Counted from the first letter of the stretch, positions 45,833 to 55,067 are shown. The stretch: 64,000 nt of DNA from an uncultured Dehalococcoidia bacterium (GCA_958295715.1 OY282371.1:584133-648132), one strand, 5' to 3'. Notes: generated by a model from the letters alone, not told the origin. Numbers and translations: made by a program.

Positions 45833-46026
45833 GGCCTCGCTGCAACGCTGAAGGCATCGCGCGCCGGCGCTGATGGCGTCCTTCAGGTCGGAACCGTTAA
45901 TCTCCTCCAGCCTTTTGACGCGAGCCTGCGTGGTTCCCCTCCTTGTACAGGAAGCTGCAAATGTGCTATCGTGGCGGCTGTGATTGTAATTTCCCTCAGT
46001 ATAGAAGTCAATTTAGGGGTTCGCCC

Positions 46027-46218
46027 GTGAAGTGTGAAATTTGTGACAAGATTGGCGTTGCGGGGAACAACGTAAGCCACTCGAAGCGGCACACCAAGAC
46101 CCGGTTCATGCCCAACGTGCAGAAGCTGACCCTGCCCATTAAGGGGGTGAGGCGGCGGGTTAAGATATGCACCCGTTGCCTTAGGACCATGCACAAGACG
46201 CAGAAGGTCAGGGCCTAG
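46027..46218 (+). CDS. rpmB: 50S ribosomal protein L28
   Basis: GTG 46027 gives a 63-aa protein, VKCEICDKIGVAGNNVSHSKRHTKTRFMPNVQ.. The longer ORF from 45943 is unlikely. Divergent from yloV, as in Firmicutes. Confidence 0.9.
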   Translation: MKCEICDKIGVAGNNVSHSKRHTKTRFMPNVQKLTLPIKGVRRRVKICTRCLRTMHKTQKVRA

Positions 46219-46916
46219 GCCGCCAGGCTGCCCCTCAGCTTGGCCATGGCCTCGGCCACGGTTTCCCGGCTGTTGAACACGGCTGACCCGGCCACCAGCG
46301 TATCGGCCCCGGCGCGGACGGCCGCCGGCGCGGTGAGGGCGTTTATGCCGCCGTCCACCTCTATCTCAGTGGCCAAGCCCCGTTCCGCCGTCAACGCTCT
46401 CAGTCTCCTCGCCTTGTCCAGGACCTCGGGGATGTGGGCCTGGCCGCCGAACCCCGGGTTCACCGTCAGAATCAACACGATGTCTAGGAAGGGCAGGGCC
46501 TCTTCGATGGCGGAGATGGGCGTGGTGGGGTTCAGGGCCACCCCGGCGCGGCAGCCACCCTCCCGTATCTGACTCAGGACGCTGTGCAGGTGGGCGCACG
46601 CCTCGGCGTGGACGGTTATGTGGTCGACGCCGGCGTCTATGAAATCCTGAATGCGGCGCTCAGGCTCCACTATCATCAGGTGGGCGTCAAGGGGCAGGTG
46701 GGTGTAGGACTTGAGGCCGCTAATGACCACGGGGCCAAAGGTCAGGTTGGGCACGAACCGCCCGTCCATGACGTCGAGGTGGATATAGTCGGCTCCGGCC
46801 TCCGTCGCCTCGGCGACCTGCTCCCCCAGGCGGGAGAAGTCGGCTGACAGGATGGACGGGGCCAGCTTAACATTTGATATGGGGGACCCGGGGGATGCGG
46901 GGTGGTCAGGTGTCAA
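46215..46916 (-). CDS. rpe: ribulose-phosphate 3-epimerase
   Basis: TTG 46916 lies 6 nt after GGAGGAG and overlaps the argH end. Motif KLAPSILSADFSRLGEQV with the ..HLDVMDG.. context. Confidence 0.9.
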   Translation of the reverse strand: MTPDHPASPGSPISNVKLAPSILSADFSRLGEQVAEATEAGADYIHLDVMDGRFVPNLTFGPVVISGLKSYTHLPLDAHLMIVEPERRIQDFIDAGVDHITVHAEACAHLHSVLSQIREGGCRAGVALNPTTPISAIEEALPFLDIVLILTVNPGFGGQAHIPEVLDKARRLRALTAERGLATEIEVDGGINALTAPAAVRAGADTLVAGSAVFNSRETVAEAMAKLRGSLAA

Positions 46917-48255
46917 AGCTCTCCTCCAATCGCGCTTTTGCGGCGGCGATGGCTTCTTGGACCCGCCGGGGCGCGGCCCCTCCGGGAACGTCGCGGCCCT
47001 CCACCGACCCCTTGAGGGATATCTCCAGCGCGTCGCTGTCAAATAGGTCTGAAAACCGGCGGTACTCCTCCAAGGTGAGTTGGTGGACCTCCTTGCCGAG
47101 GCTGCGGGCGTGCTCCGAGGCGCGGCGCACGACTCCGTGGGCCTCTCGGAAGGGCATTCCCCGGCCCACCAGGTAGTCGGCCAGGTCCGTGGCCAACATG
47201 TTGCCGCGCTGGGCCGCGTCCTCCATGCGTGAGGCGTTAACCGTCATGGCGCCTATCATGTCGGAGAAGATCTCTAGGGTGGATAGGAGGGTTTCCTCCG
47301 TGTCGAAGAAACCCTCCTTGTCCTCCTGAAGGTCTCGGTTGTAGGTCAGCGGCAGGCCCTTTAGAGTGGTGAGGATGGCCATGAGGTGGCCGTAGACGCG
47401 CCCGGTCTTGCCCCGGCCCAGTTCGGCGAAGTCGGGGTTGCGCTTTTGGGGCATGATGCTGCTGCCGGTGGTGTGCCGCGGGGCCAGGGATATGAAGCCG
47501 AACTCCTGGGAGGACCAGAGGACAAGCTCCTCGGCCAGGCGGGACAGGTGCATCATGCAGATGGCGGCGGCGGAGTGGTACTCGGCCAGGAAGTCGCGGT
47601 CGGACACGGCGTCCATGCTGTTGGCGCTGAGCCGGCTGAAGCCGAGTTCCGACGCCACGAACCGGCGGTCCAAGGGGTATGGCGCCCCCGCCAACGCGCC
47701 GCTGCCCAGGGGCAAAAGGTCGGCGGCGTCGCGGCAATGGGCGAAGCGCGCCCGGTCTCGATGCAGCATCTCAAAGTAGGCCATCAGGTGATGGGCGAAG
47801 AGGACGGGTTGGGCCCGTTGCAGGTGGGTGTAGCCCGGCATAATGACGCCGGAATGCTCCCCGGCGCGGGCCAACAGGGCCTTTTGGAGGCCGGCGATGG
47901 CCTCGTCAACCCGTTGGCGCGACCTCATGGCGTACAGCCTCAGGTCGGTGGCCACCTGGTCGTTGCGGGAGCGGGCGGTGTGGAGCTTTCCCGCCGTGGG
48001 GCCAATCCGCTCCCTCAGCCGCGTCTCAATGTTCATGTGGATGTCTTCAAGCTCCGGCCGCCAGGGAAACTCCCCGGCCTCTATCTCGGCGCGTATGGCC
48101 AGCAGGCCGTCGCATATGGCCGCGGCCTCTTCCTCCGTGATGATTTCCTGCTTGGCCAGCATACGGGCGTGGGCCACGGAGCCGGCGATGTCCTCGCGGT
48201 ACAGGCGGCGGTCGTACTGTATAGAGACGGCGTATTGGGATGCGTCCGGGTTCAT
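46906..48255 (-). CDS. argH: argininosuccinate lyase
   Basis: 449 aa with GSVAHARMLAKQ, lyase signature TGSSIMPQKRNPD, and PLTYNRDLQEDKE. Confidence 0.9.
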   Translation of the reverse strand: MNPDASQYAVSIQYDRRLYREDIAGSVAHARMLAKQEIITEEEAAAICDGLLAIRAEIEAGEFPWRPELEDIHMNIETRLRERIGPTAGKLHTARSRNDQVATDLRLYAMRSRQRVDEAIAGLQKALLARAGEHSGVIMPGYTHLQRAQPVLFAHHLMAYFEMLHRDRARFAHCRDAADLLPLGSGALAGAPYPLDRRFVASELGFSRLSANSMDAVSDRDFLAEYHSAAAICMMHLSRLAEELVLWSSQEFGFISLAPRHTTGSSIMPQKRNPDFAELGRGKTGRVYGHLMAILTTLKGLPLTYNRDLQEDKEGFFDTEETLLSTLEIFSDMIGAMTVNASRMEDAAQRGNMLATDLADYLVGRGMPFREAHGVVRRASEHARSLGKEVHQLTLEEYRRFSDLFDSDALEISLKGSVEGRDVPGGAAPRRVQEAIAAAKARLEESFDT

Positions 48256-48339
48256 TGGGCAGACCGCGAAGAACGGTTGATGGCTGGAGCGGCGCTAGTT
48301 TCCAATGTGGTCTCGTGTAGCTGAGGCGGCCAGCCTGCC

Positions 48340-49530
48340 CTACTCGCCCTGCTCCCGGGCTTGGGTGCGCACCGGCAGTCCGTAGATGGCGATGAACCCC
48401 TCGGAGGCTCGGTGGTCGAAGGCGTCTCCCCGGTCGTAGGTGGCCAGTTGGTGGCTGTACAGCCCCTTGGCGGCCTTGCGCCCCACCACTACGCAGTTGC
48501 CTTTGTGGAGGCGCAACCGGACGGAGCCGGTGACGTGGCGTTGGGCGCTTTCCACGTAGGCCGTCAGGTCGCGGCGATGGGCGGTGAACCACAGCCCGTT
48601 GTACACCACGTCGGAGTACTCCCCGGCCACGTGCCGCTTCATCCGCGCCTGCTCTTTGCTCAGGGTCATGGATTCGAGGGCCTTGTGGGCCGCGTGGAGG
48701 ACCACACCCGCTGGCGACTCGTACACCTCCCTGGACTTTATACCCACCAGCCTGTTCTCTATGTGGTCGATTCGCCCGACGCCGTTGCGACCCGCCAGGG
48801 CGTTGAGATGCTGCACCAGGTCCACGGGCCGCATCTCCTCGCCGTTAAGGGAGAAGGGGAGGCCGCCCTCGAAGGCTATTTCCAGATATGTAGGTTCCTC
48901 GGGCGTCTTGGAGATGGGGTTGGTCCAGGCGAAGGCGTCCTCCGGCGGCTCCAACCAGGGGTCCTCCAACTCCCCCGCCTCAATGCTGCGACCCCACAGG
49001 TTCTCGTCGGTTGAGAAGCGGCTCTTGCGCTCCTCAACGGGGATGCCGTGGCTCCGGGCGTATTCCATCTCCTCCTCGCGGTTCCATCCCCACTCCCGCA
49101 CCGGGGCGATGACCTTGAGCCGTGGGTCGAGGGCGCCGACGCTAACATCCATGCGGACCTGGTCGTTGCCCTTGCCGGTGCAGCCGTGGGCGATGGCCCC
49201 GGCCCCCACCCGCCGCGCCGCCTCAACCATGTACTTGGCGATGAGGGGCCGCCCCAAGGCGGTGGCCAAGGGGTACTGCTCCTCGTAAATGGCCCCCGCT
49301 TGCAGGGCCGGGAAGACGTACTCGTTAACGAAGTCCTCCCTGCCGTCAACGGTGAGGGCGTCGGCGGCGCCGGTCTGCAAGGCCCGGCTGCGAATATCCT
49401 CCAGGTCCACCATTCCCAGGTCCACGGTGAGGGTGACGACCCGGGCGTCGTGCTTCTCCTGGAGCCACTTCACGCATACGGAGGTGTCCAAGCCGCCGCT
49501 GTAGGCCAAAAGTATGGTGTCTTGAGGCAT
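48340..49530 (-). CDS. argG: argininosuccinate synthase
   Basis: 396 aa with AYSGGLDTS, IAHGCTGKGNDQVR and SxDxNLW (FSTDENLWGRS). Confidence 0.95.
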   Translation of the reverse strand: MPQDTILLAYSGGLDTSVCVKWLQEKHDARVVTLTVDLGMVDLEDIRSRALQTGAADALTVDGREDFVNEYVFPALQAGAIYEEQYPLATALGRPLIAKYMVEAARRVGAGAIAHGCTGKGNDQVRMDVSVGALDPRLKVIAPVREWGWNREEEMEYARSHGIPVEERKSRFSTDENLWGRSIEAGELEDPWLEPPEDAFAWTNPISKTPEEPTYLEIAFEGGLPFSLNGEEMRPVDLVQHLNALAGRNGVGRIDHIENRLVGIKSREVYESPAGVVLHAAHKALESMTLSKEQARMKRHVAGEYSDVVYNGLWFTAHRRDLTAYVESAQRHVTGSVRLRLHKGNCVVVGRKAAKGLYSHQLATYDRGDAFDHRASEGFIAIYGLPVRTQAREQGE

Positions 49531-49578
49531 GGGTCTTCCTTATTAGAGTTTCGCTATTTGAGTTTGGCTGAAGTTGGG

Positions 49579-50763
49579 CTAGAGTTTGGACAGGGCCTGT
49601 TCCAGCCTTCCAACGCCCTCGTCCACCTCCTCCGCGGAGATGGTCAGGGGGGGCATTAGGCGCAGGGTATTGGGCTTGACCATGTTGAACAGGACCCCGG
49701 CCTCGTTGGACAGGGACAGGGCCTTGGCGGCCACGTCGTCGTCGAACTCCAAGGCAATGAGCAGCCCCCTGCCGCGCACCTCGCTGATGAAGGAGAACCG
49801 CGACTTCAACTCCTCAAGGCGTTGGGTCAGTCTAAGCCCCATGGCCTTGGCCTGGCCGGGAAGGTCGTTGTCGATGATGTGCTTGGTGGAGGCGTAGGCC
49901 GCGGCGGTGGTGAGGGCGTTGCCTCCGAAGGTGGAGCCGTGGTCTCCCGGCTCCAAGGCCATGCAATGCTCCTTGGATAGAAAGGCGCCGATGGGCACGC
50001 CGCCGCCCAGCCCCTTGGCCAGGGTCATCACGTCGGGCTCCACGCCGTACTCCTGGTATCCGAAGAGGCTGCCCAGCCTGCCAAGCCCCGTTTGCACCTC
50101 GTCGAGAATCAGAAGGAGGCCCTGCTTGTCGCACCAGTCCCGGACCCGGCGCAGGTAGTCGTCCGCCGGGATATTGACGCCGCCCTCGCCCTGGATGGGT
50201 TCCAGCATCACGGCGGCGGTCTCGTCGTTGGTGGCCGCGATGATGGCCTCCACGCTGTCGTATTCCACGTGAACGAACCCCGGGGTGAGGGGTTGGAAGG
50301 CCTCCTGGTAGTGGGGCTGGCCCGTGGCTGCTATCGTGCTCATGGTGCGGCCGTGAAAGGAGTTGTAGGCGGTTATGACCTGGTAGGCGCCGTCCCGGTT
50401 CTTCTTCCCGTATTTGCGGGCCAGCTTCAAGGCCCCCTCAACGGCCTCGGCGCCGCTGTTGCCGAAGAACACCCGGTCGAGGCAGCTGTTGTCTATGAGG
50501 GCCTGGGCCAGCTTCAACTGGGGCACGGTGTAGAACTGGTTGGAGGTCTGAATGAGCAGGGCGGCCTGCTCCTGTATGGCCTGCACCATGACGGGGTGGC
50601 AGTGGCCCAAGTTGGTCACCGCCCAGCCCGCCGTGAAGTCCAGGTACTCCTTGCCCTCCACGTCCCAAACGCGGGTCCCCTGTCCCCGCACCAGGACCAC
50701 TGGCTGACGCCTCACCGTTTGGGCGTAATAACGTTCTTCCAAGGCTATCCAATCGGTAGTCAC
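49579..50763 (-). CDS. argD: acetylornithine aminotransferase
   Basis: 394 aa. Class-III aminotransferase motifs GNSGAEAVEGALKLARK and LILDEVQTGLGRLG. Lies within the arg cluster. Confidence 0.9.
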   Translation of the reverse strand: MTTDWIALEERYYAQTVRRQPVVLVRGQGTRVWDVEGKEYLDFTAGWAVTNLGHCHPVMVQAIQEQAALLIQTSNQFYTVPQLKLAQALIDNSCLDRVFFGNSGAEAVEGALKLARKYGKKNRDGAYQVITAYNSFHGRTMSTIAATGQPHYQEAFQPLTPGFVHVEYDSVEAIIAATNDETAAVMLEPIQGEGGVNIPADDYLRRVRDWCDKQGLLLILDEVQTGLGRLGSLFGYQEYGVEPDVMTLAKGLGGGVPIGAFLSKEHCMALEPGDHGSTFGGNALTTAAAYASTKHIIDNDLPGQAKAMGLRLTQRLEELKSRFSFISEVRGRGLLIALEFDDDVAAKALSLSNEAGVLFNMVKPNTLRLMPPLTISAEEVDEGVGRLEQALSKL

Positions 50764-50864
50764 CTAAAGCGGCCTCCTGTGGTTTAGTAGTGGCTTAACG
50801 TATAAGTTCAGCGTTGACTATAGTGGCTTGGATGGCCTTTGTCCATCGGCCGCGGTTGGCCTCT

Positions 50865-51668
50865 TCACACGGCCTGGACCCGCGTTCCCGCGGCCTGACC
50901 GGAGACGCACTGGCGCAGGGCGCCGGGCCTTCTGCCGTCCACGATGTCGGCCACCGGGACCCGGGGCAGGGCCTTCAGACAGGCCTCCAGCTTGGGAATC
51001 ATCCCCCCCTTTACGATGTTGGCGCGGATAAACATTTTGGCCTGGCGCGGGTTCATCATGGGAACGCGGCGGCCGGACGAGTCTAGCACCCCGTCCACGT
51101 CGGTTAGGAATATGAGCCTAGACGCGCCCAGGCCCAGGGCCACGTCTCCCGTGACTGTGTCGCCGTTGATGTTGAGCATCTGGCCGTCGCCGTCGTGGAG
51201 GCCCACCGGGGCCACCAGTGGAATGTAGCCGCCCCTCATGGCCTGCTCCAACGGGTCGGGGTTGACCTGGGTGACCTCGCCCACGAAGCCCAACTCCGGG
51301 CTGGCGACGCGGCACCGCAGCAGCCCCCCGTCGACGCCGCTCATACCCAAGGCCCTGCCCCCCAAGGCCGTGAGGGCGGCCACCAGCTGCTTGTTGACAA
51401 GTCCCGTCAGCACGGCGGTGACAATCTCCAGGCTGGGGCCGTCGGTGACGCGGAGGCCCCGGACGAACCGCGGGGCGGCGCCGTGGCGTTTCATCCACTC
51501 CGAAATGACCTTCCCGCCCCCGTGAACCACCGCTATCCGGTGGCCCTCGCGCTGGAGGCCGACCAGGTCCTCCAAAGTGGTGTCGTGGCTGCCCAGGGTG
51601 CTGCCGCCAATCTTTACGACAATGGGCGCCGGCTCCTTGCCCTCCTCTGCTGGTGAAGGTCTGTTCAT
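50865..51668 (-). CDS. argB: acetylglutamate kinase
   Basis: 267 aa with VVKIGGS, VVHGGG and NINGDTV. Confidence 0.93.
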   Translation of the reverse strand: MNRPSPAEEGKEPAPIVVKIGGSTLGSHDTTLEDLVGLQREGHRIAVVHGGGKVISEWMKRHGAAPRFVRGLRVTDGPSLEIVTAVLTGLVNKQLVAALTALGGRALGMSGVDGGLLRCRVASPELGFVGEVTQVNPDPLEQAMRGGYIPLVAPVGLHDGDGQMLNINGDTVTGDVALGLGASRLIFLTDVDGVLDSSGRRVPMMNPRQAKMFIRANIVKGGMIPKLEACLKALPRVPVADIVDGRRPGALRQCVSGQAAGTRVQAV

Positions 51669-51677
51669 GGCGAAGGG

Positions 51678-52895
51678 CTAGGTGGTGTAGGCGCTGTTGA
51701 AGGTGACGTACTCCTCGCTGAGGTTGCAGCCCCAGGCCGTGGCCCGGCTGTTCCCCACGTTGAGGTTCACGCGAAAGGACACCTCTTCGCCCGACATGAT
51801 GGCGATGATTGAGTCCTTGTGGAAGGGAATGGGCACGCCCTCCTCCACGATGCAGACGTCGTTGATGTAGAGGGCCAGCTTGTTTTCCACCACCTCGGCC
51901 TCGCTGCGGCCCAGGGCCACGACAATCCTTCCCCAGTTGGGGTCGCTGCCGTGGACGGCGGTCTTCACCAGAGTGGAGCCGGCGATGGTGCGGGCGGCGC
52001 TGCGGGCCTGTTGGAGGGACTTGGCCCCTTCCACCGTAATCTCCATTAGCTTGGTGACGCCCTCACCCTCGCGGGCGATGGCCTTGGCCAGATACTCGCA
52101 GACCTGGTTAAGGGCGGCGCTGAAGAGGCGCGCGCCCTCGGAGCCCGGCGTGATGGGGCCGGCGTTGGCCGCGCCGTTGGCCAGGACCAGAACGGTGTCG
52201 TTGGTGCTGGTGTCGCCGTCTATGGTCATCATGTTGAAGGAGTCGTCGGCGGCCTCTTTCAGCATCGCGTTCAGAAAGTCGGGGGCCACCTCCGCGTCGG
52301 TGGCTATGAAGCACAGCATGGTGGCCATGTTGGGGTGAATCATGCCGGCGCCCTTGGCGATGCCGCCCAGGGTCACCGTCTCGCCGTTGAGGTCGAAGGC
52401 CACGGCTATCTCCTTGGGCCTGGGGTCGGTGGTGAGAATGGCCCTGGCCATCAGTCGTCCCCCGTCCTCCGTGGTCCGGATGCGGTCGATGCCGGTCTCG
52501 ATGAGGGACATGGGAAGCTCCACGCCCACCAGCCCGGTGCTGCAAACCAGAACGTCCTCCGGCTGAAGGCCCAGGTGACTGGCGGTCTTCTCGGCCATGC
52601 GCCGGGCGTCCTTGTACCCCGGCTCCCCGACGCAGGCGTTGGCGATGCCGCTGTCCACCACCACGGCGTGGGCCTTGCCGTCGGCGATGTGTTCCTGAGT
52701 GACGACCACCGACGGCGACTTGAACCGGTTGGTTGTGAACACCCCGGCGGCGGTGGTGGCCCCCCGGGACAACAGTATCGCCAGGTCCAGCTTGTCCTCC
52801 GCGTAGGTCTTGAGCCCCGCGAAGGTGGCGCCGGCCTCAAAGCCCTTGGCCGAGGTGACGGTGCCCCCGTTGATGACCCGTATGCCGCCTGCCAT
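51678..52895 (-). CDS. argJ: bifunctional ornithine acetyltransferase/N-acetylglutamate synthase
   Basis: ATG 52895 lies 8 nt after GGAGGAGG and gives the canonical N-terminus MAGGIRVINGGTVTSAKGFEAGA. Autoprocessing site HPNMATMLCFIATDA. The same frame stays open upstream to ATG 53048, a 51-aa zinc-ribbon extension (see findings). Confidence 0.92.
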   Translation of the reverse strand: MAGGIRVINGGTVTSAKGFEAGATFAGLKTYAEDKLDLAILLSRGATTAAGVFTTNRFKSPSVVVTQEHIADGKAHAVVVDSGIANACVGEPGYKDARRMAEKTASHLGLQPEDVLVCSTGLVGVELPMSLIETGIDRIRTTEDGGRLMARAILTTDPRPKEIAVAFDLNGETVTLGGIAKGAGMIHPNMATMLCFIATDAEVAPDFLNAMLKEAADDSFNMMTIDGDTSTNDTVLVLANGAANAGPITPGSEGARLFSAALNQVCEYLAKAIAREGEGVTKLMEITVEGAKSLQQARSAARTIAGSTLVKTAVHGSDPNWGRIVVALGRSEAEVVENKLALYINDVCIVEEGVPIPFHKDSIIAIMSGEEVSFRVNLNVGNSRATAWGCNLSEEYVTFNSAYTT

Positions 52896-53055
52896 AGTGG
52901 TGACCTCCTCCGTTGACGTTGATTGGGATGCGCCCTCAGCCCGGCCAAGGGGCCAAGCCCGTTGACACTTGCCGCACTTCTTGGGGTTCTCCACCCGCGG
53001 GATGAACCGGTAGCCGCAGTGGACGCATTGGCGTTTCTGTTGTGCCATGGGCTAA

Positions 53056-53084
53056 ATACTACAACAAGATGTTGTGGTAGTCAA
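53056..53084 (-). promoter_or_regulatory. sigma-70-type promoter abutting ATG 53048 (leaderless-type arrangement)
   Basis: On the minus strand, TTGACT (53084-53079), a 17-nt spacer, then TAGTAT (53061-53056). Only 7 nt separate the -10 from ATG 53048. Confidence 0.55.
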
Positions 53085-53115
53085 GGGGGGCGTCGCCCGC
53101 CACCCCTGCTGTCCC

Positions 53116-53456
53116 CCGTCACCTCTCGCCGCCCATCCGTCATTCCCGTCCTCTCATCCCTTCCGTCATTCCCGCGAAGGCGGGAATCCATCTTTCCCTC
53201 TTTTATCCCAAAGGCAATCGCAATATGGCGCAAGCGCCAGTAAGAGCTAGTCTTGTTACGGCCAGACCGGCTTAAGGTCTCCATCCCTCGTTGAGGAGAG
53301 AGATTGGAGTGTTCTGGGTATTGGGCCGTGGCGGCGCTGTAAGGTGGGGGATGGATTCCCGCCTGCGCGGGAAGGGCGCGTGCGCCCATTTTTGTTTTTG
53401 GGGAGCGTTGGTTCTGCGTTGGGGGCTTCCTGGATTCCCGCCTGCGCGGGAACGAT
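53116..53456. repeat. mosaic intergenic repeat block
   Basis: Half-sites at about 53118 and 53139. Hairpins at about 53166-53185, 53346-53365 and 53432-53451. RS-A palindrome GGGCGCGTGCGCCC at 53374-53387 followed by ATTTTTGTTTTTGGGG. Confidence 0.9.
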
Positions 53457-53564
53457 GGTGGCGGGTGGGGGAAGGCCCTTCCCGGTTTGCTTAGGGCTGG
53501 GGCGGCGTATACACTGGCGGGCCTAACGCCCTTCGATTGAGGTTGAAATGCCGGGGAGGTGTAT

Positions 53565-54209
53565 ATGCTGGCCTTTTTAGGCGGCACGGGGCCGGAGGGC
53601 CGGGGCCTGGCCCTCCGGTTCGCATTGGCCGGCCGCGACGTGATCATCGGCTCCAGGGACCCGGAGCGGGCCGCTCAGGCCGCCCTGGAGCTCCGGGCCG
53701 CGGCTCCTGGCGCCGTGATACGCGGCGAGGAGAACCGCGCGGCGGCGCGCCTCGCCGGCACGGCCTTTATCACCGTGCCCTACGAGGCCCAGAGGCCCCT
53801 GCTCCTGAGTCTCGCCGGCGAGTTGGCCGGCAAGCCGGTGATCAACGTCGTCGCTCCCCTGGTCTTTGAGAAGGGACGCGTTAGGGCGGCTCACGTGGAG
53901 GAGGGGTCGGCGGCGAGGCAGTCCCAACTCCTCCTGCCGCGCTCACGGGTGGCCGCCGCCTTCCAGAACCTCAGCGCCTCCAAGCTCCTTGACGTCCAGC
54001 GCCCCATGAAGGGCGACGTGGTGGTCTGCTCCGACCACCGGGAGGCCAAGGATGAGACGCTGGCCCTGGTGGACCTCATCAAGGACCTGCGGGGCATTGA
54101 CGGCGGCGGCCTGGATAACGCCCGGTGCGTGGAGCAGTTCACCGCCCTGCTCATTACCGTCAACCGCATTTACAAGGCCGAGACCTCCTTTAGGCTGGTG
54201 GGGCTGTAG
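53565..54209 (+). CDS. F420-dependent NADP oxidoreductase (Fno/NpdG-like)
   Basis: ATG 53565 lies 5 nt after GGGGAGG; GTG 53559 is also possible. The sequence LAFLGGTGPEGRGLALRFALAGRDVIIGSR..ITVPYE..DGGGLDNARCVEQFTALLI closely parallels archaeal Fno as I recall it. Confidence 0.8.
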   Translation: MLAFLGGTGPEGRGLALRFALAGRDVIIGSRDPERAAQAALELRAAAPGAVIRGEENRAAARLAGTAFITVPYEAQRPLLLSLAGELAGKPVINVVAPLVFEKGRVRAAHVEEGSAARQSQLLLPRSRVAAAFQNLSASKLLDVQRPMKGDVVVCSDHREAKDETLALVDLIKDLRGIDGGGLDNARCVEQFTALLITVNRIYKAETSFRLVGL

Positions 54210-54211
54210 AG

Positions 54212-54805
54212 TTGGGTTGTTCTGCCGGCGGCGGACGTCCCGCGCCCCCGGCGGGTGGCCCCGAGCATCGCCCCAAGCATCGCATAGTCGTTACCGGGGT
54301 GACGGGTTCGGGAAAGAGCGTCCTGGCCCGGCGTCTGGCCGCCGCGCGCCGTATTCCCCACGTTGAGTTGGACGCCCTGTTTTGGGAGCCGGACTGGACA
54401 CCCGCGCCTCTCGAGGAGTTCCGGCGCCGGGTCTCCGAGGCCACCGCCCGCGGTCCCTGGGTGGTCGACGGGAACTACAGCTCGGTTCAGGACATCACCT
54501 GGGCAAGGGCCGGGATTCTCGTTTGGCTTGACTACACCCTGCCCGTCATCCTGTGGCGGCTCTGGTGGCGCACCCTGCGGCGCGGCGTCACCCGGCAGAC
54601 ACTTTGGAAGGGCAACCGGGAGCGTTTGAGGACTCAGTTCTTCAGCCGGGACTCCCTCTTTCTCTGGGCGTTGAAGAGCCGCAAACGCCACAAGGCCCGT
54701 TACCCGGTGGAGCTGCGCCGGCCTCAGAATTCCCACCTTCAGGTCGTTCATCTGAGGTATCCATCCGAGGCGCGGAGGTGGCTGGGCGGTCTTGACGCTA
54801 TCTGA
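54212..54805 (+). CDS. P-loop NTPase, adenylate kinase/FlaR-like small kinase family
   Basis: 197 aa. Walker A VTGVTGSGKS. The short kinase-like layout (..WVVDGNY..) gives weak specificity. The start is uncertain (TTG 54212). Confidence 0.55.
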   Translation: MGCSAGGGRPAPPAGGPEHRPKHRIVVTGVTGSGKSVLARRLAAARRIPHVELDALFWEPDWTPAPLEEFRRRVSEATARGPWVVDGNYSSVQDITWARAGILVWLDYTLPVILWRLWWRTLRRGVTRQTLWKGNRERLRTQFFSRDSLFLWALKSRKRHKARYPVELRRPQNSHLQVVHLRYPSEARRWLGGLDAI

Positions 54806-54821
54806 GTGGGGCGCATATACT
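54792..54821 (+). promoter_or_regulatory. putative promoter of the riboswitch-led operon
   Basis: TTGACG (54792-54797), an 18-nt spacer, then TATACT (54816-54821). It overlaps the end of the preceding CDS. Confidence 0.5.
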
Positions 54822-54839
54822 CGGAGGCCTAGCGACTGA

Positions 54840-54942
54840 AAGTCCGTAGGGGAGCCGGGTGAGCCTGGCTGAGAGGGCGACCCCCGAATGTCGCCGACCC
54901 TTACGACCTGATCTGGGTAATGCCAGCGGAGGGAGCGCGGCG
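54840..54942 (+). promoter_or_regulatory. TPP (THI-box) riboswitch
   Basis: GGGGAGC..GCCUGGCUGAGA..ACCCUUACGACCUGAUCUGGGUAAUGCCAGCGGAGGGA matches the conserved TPP aptamer core (CUGAGA, ACCUGAUCUGGnUAAUgCCAGCG). An extra hairpin GGCGAC..GUCGCC occupies the variable P3 position. Confidence 0.88.
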
Positions 54943-54968
54943 CGCGTTAGGTTCGCGTATCCGACAGG

Positions 54969-54996
54969 CCGCTCCATCGCCCGGAGCGGTCTTTCG
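54969..54996 (+). terminator. candidate riboswitch expression-platform terminator
   Basis: CCGCTCC-7 nt-GGAGCGG followed by TCTTTCG. The U-tract is weak. Confidence 0.4.
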
Positions 54997-55067
54997 CCGT
55001 GGGACGCCCGCCGCGGCTCCGGGGTTGGGCGTCATCTCAGGCCAAGTCTATGTAACGGAGGTCGGGT

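Noticed and set aside
46917-47042. Longer rpe ORF (275 aa) overlapping argH by 137 nt.
   Set aside because: TTG 46916 has an ideal GGAGGAG RBS and leaves a normal Rpe N-terminus. The extension is Arg/Pro/Trp-rich with no homology.
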